Of a stretch of DNA of 47,994 nt, positions 46,940 through 47,994 are shown in pieces. Origin of the DNA: an uncultured delta proteobacterium (GTDB lineage Bacteria; Desulfobacterota; Binatia; HRBIN30; BPIQ01); NCBI GenBank assembly GCA_963761335.1, contig CAVXGR010000010.1, forward strand, positions 1 to 47,994, read 5' to 3'. Within the stretch, counting starts at the first letter, position 1. Every line of letters starts with the position of its first letter. A model generated the notes under the pieces. It did not search any database. It saw only the letters and a list, made by a program, of their open reading frames with translations, and was not told where the DNA came from. The position numbers were made by a program, and so were the translations under genes.

Positions 46940-47994
46940 CGACCAGCGTCGGAACGGCGACGAGCAGCAGGAGAGCTACAGCCAGCGCCAACATGGGAGG
47001 GGACAGCGCCGGTGCGGCGGCGCGAACCTTCACCGTCGCGCCCACCTGATTCTCGCAGACGTCGACGGCAAACAGACGGTCTTCGGCGGTGATCGGTCGA
47101 GACAACATGATTCCCGGCATACCCATGGCGTCGACGAAGCTGCCGTTCGCGTCCGTTCCGCCGGTTCCCAGCAGCTCGTCGTCGACACTGCCCGGGGGGT
47201 TGTCCGGCACGCCGTTGGGTCCAGCGGCGTAGATCTCGATGCAGGAGTCGCCGGGCTCGGCGTGCGCGGTGCCAATTCCGAACACACGCGAGGTCCCGAG
47301 AACCAAGCCGCCCTGACCGCCGCTACCGCCGGGTCCCGGGCTCGAGCCCTGAATCAGCGGTGCCGCGGCACCGTCGGCGGACGAGTTCGCCGATAGTGCG
47401 GCCAAGTCGGCGGGCGCCCACGCCGCGTGCTCGGCGCTGCCGCTGTAGGAGAGCGACCAGGTGTTCGACTCCGGCGCGAACTCGAGCACGTCCTCGTCGT
47501 TGAAGGCGATGCCGTCGATGGTGCCGCAGCCGTCGAACGACATGAGCAGGTGGCCGTTGCTGCCGATGCTGTCGATCGCGTCCAGGTCGAGCTCCGCGGG
47601 CACGCCGTGCGCCGAGCCGTCGAAGTACAAGCTCGGCACGCCGTTGTGGATCTGCACGATGTCCTCGTCGTCGGCGGTGAAGGTCGGAAACGCCACCGTC
47701 GTGTCGAAGGACAGGAGAAGGTTGTTCGCGCCCAGGGAGCGCAGTGCGTCCGTCATCACGCCGGCTGGAATGCCGTTGGCGCTGGCGTCGAGCTCCAAGG
47801 TGTATGTCGCACCGTTGAAGCGGACGACGTCCCCCGGGCGTACGGTGAGAGCGCCGGGCAGGCTGATGTCGATGTCGAAGGCGAGGAGCTGATCGCCGTT
47901 GGCGAGGCGATGATGTCAGTGCCATTTGGGTAAGTGCCGGCGTTCACCAGCGTCACGCCGCCGCCGAGGTCGTCTGCCGCGACGTTCTGAGTTG
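46920..47994 (-). CDS. Secreted/surface protein with IPTL-CTERM-like tail, 5' end outside window, apparent frameshift near 47910
   Basis: Repeated LLLSFD...D(I/V)(V/L) units, AAAPALSPPMLALAVALLLL tail; reading frame changes between DIIA and HRLANGDQLLAFD. Confidence 0.75.

Overview
High-GC bacterial chromosomal window. The mix of sigma54 signalling, F420/P450/sulfotransferase/amidohydrolase catabolic genes and IPTL-CTERM-like surface proteins suggests a Binatia/deltaproteobacterium-like organism (inference). The core holds about 35 ordinary metabolic, transport and regulatory genes: recQ; a sulfotransferase-ADH-alkylsulfatase-SDR operon beside an EBP/EXPERA-like membrane protein and TetR; a sigma54 two-component locus; YciI-ECF42; GSTs; a B4GALNT-like glycosyltransferase; LLM; P450; a TetR-HlyD-ABC operon; CoA-disulfide reductase; ftsH. 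Both ends are accessory. The left end has toxin-antitoxin genes and a tRNA-Glu 3' fragment that looks like an island att site. The right end has a 7x72-bp REP hairpin array, then a cryptic integron: an integrase collapsed to its N- and C-termini and co-oriented with the array, a putative attI, and at least two cassettes, one a DUF4160/DUF2442 pair with a clear attC. A vapBC pair follows. Several non-coding repeat families occur, including a 430-bp MITE-like element with terminal inverted repeats and an 8-bp target duplication. No CRISPR array, rRNA or complete tRNA was found. All family assignments come from motif recognition, not database searches.
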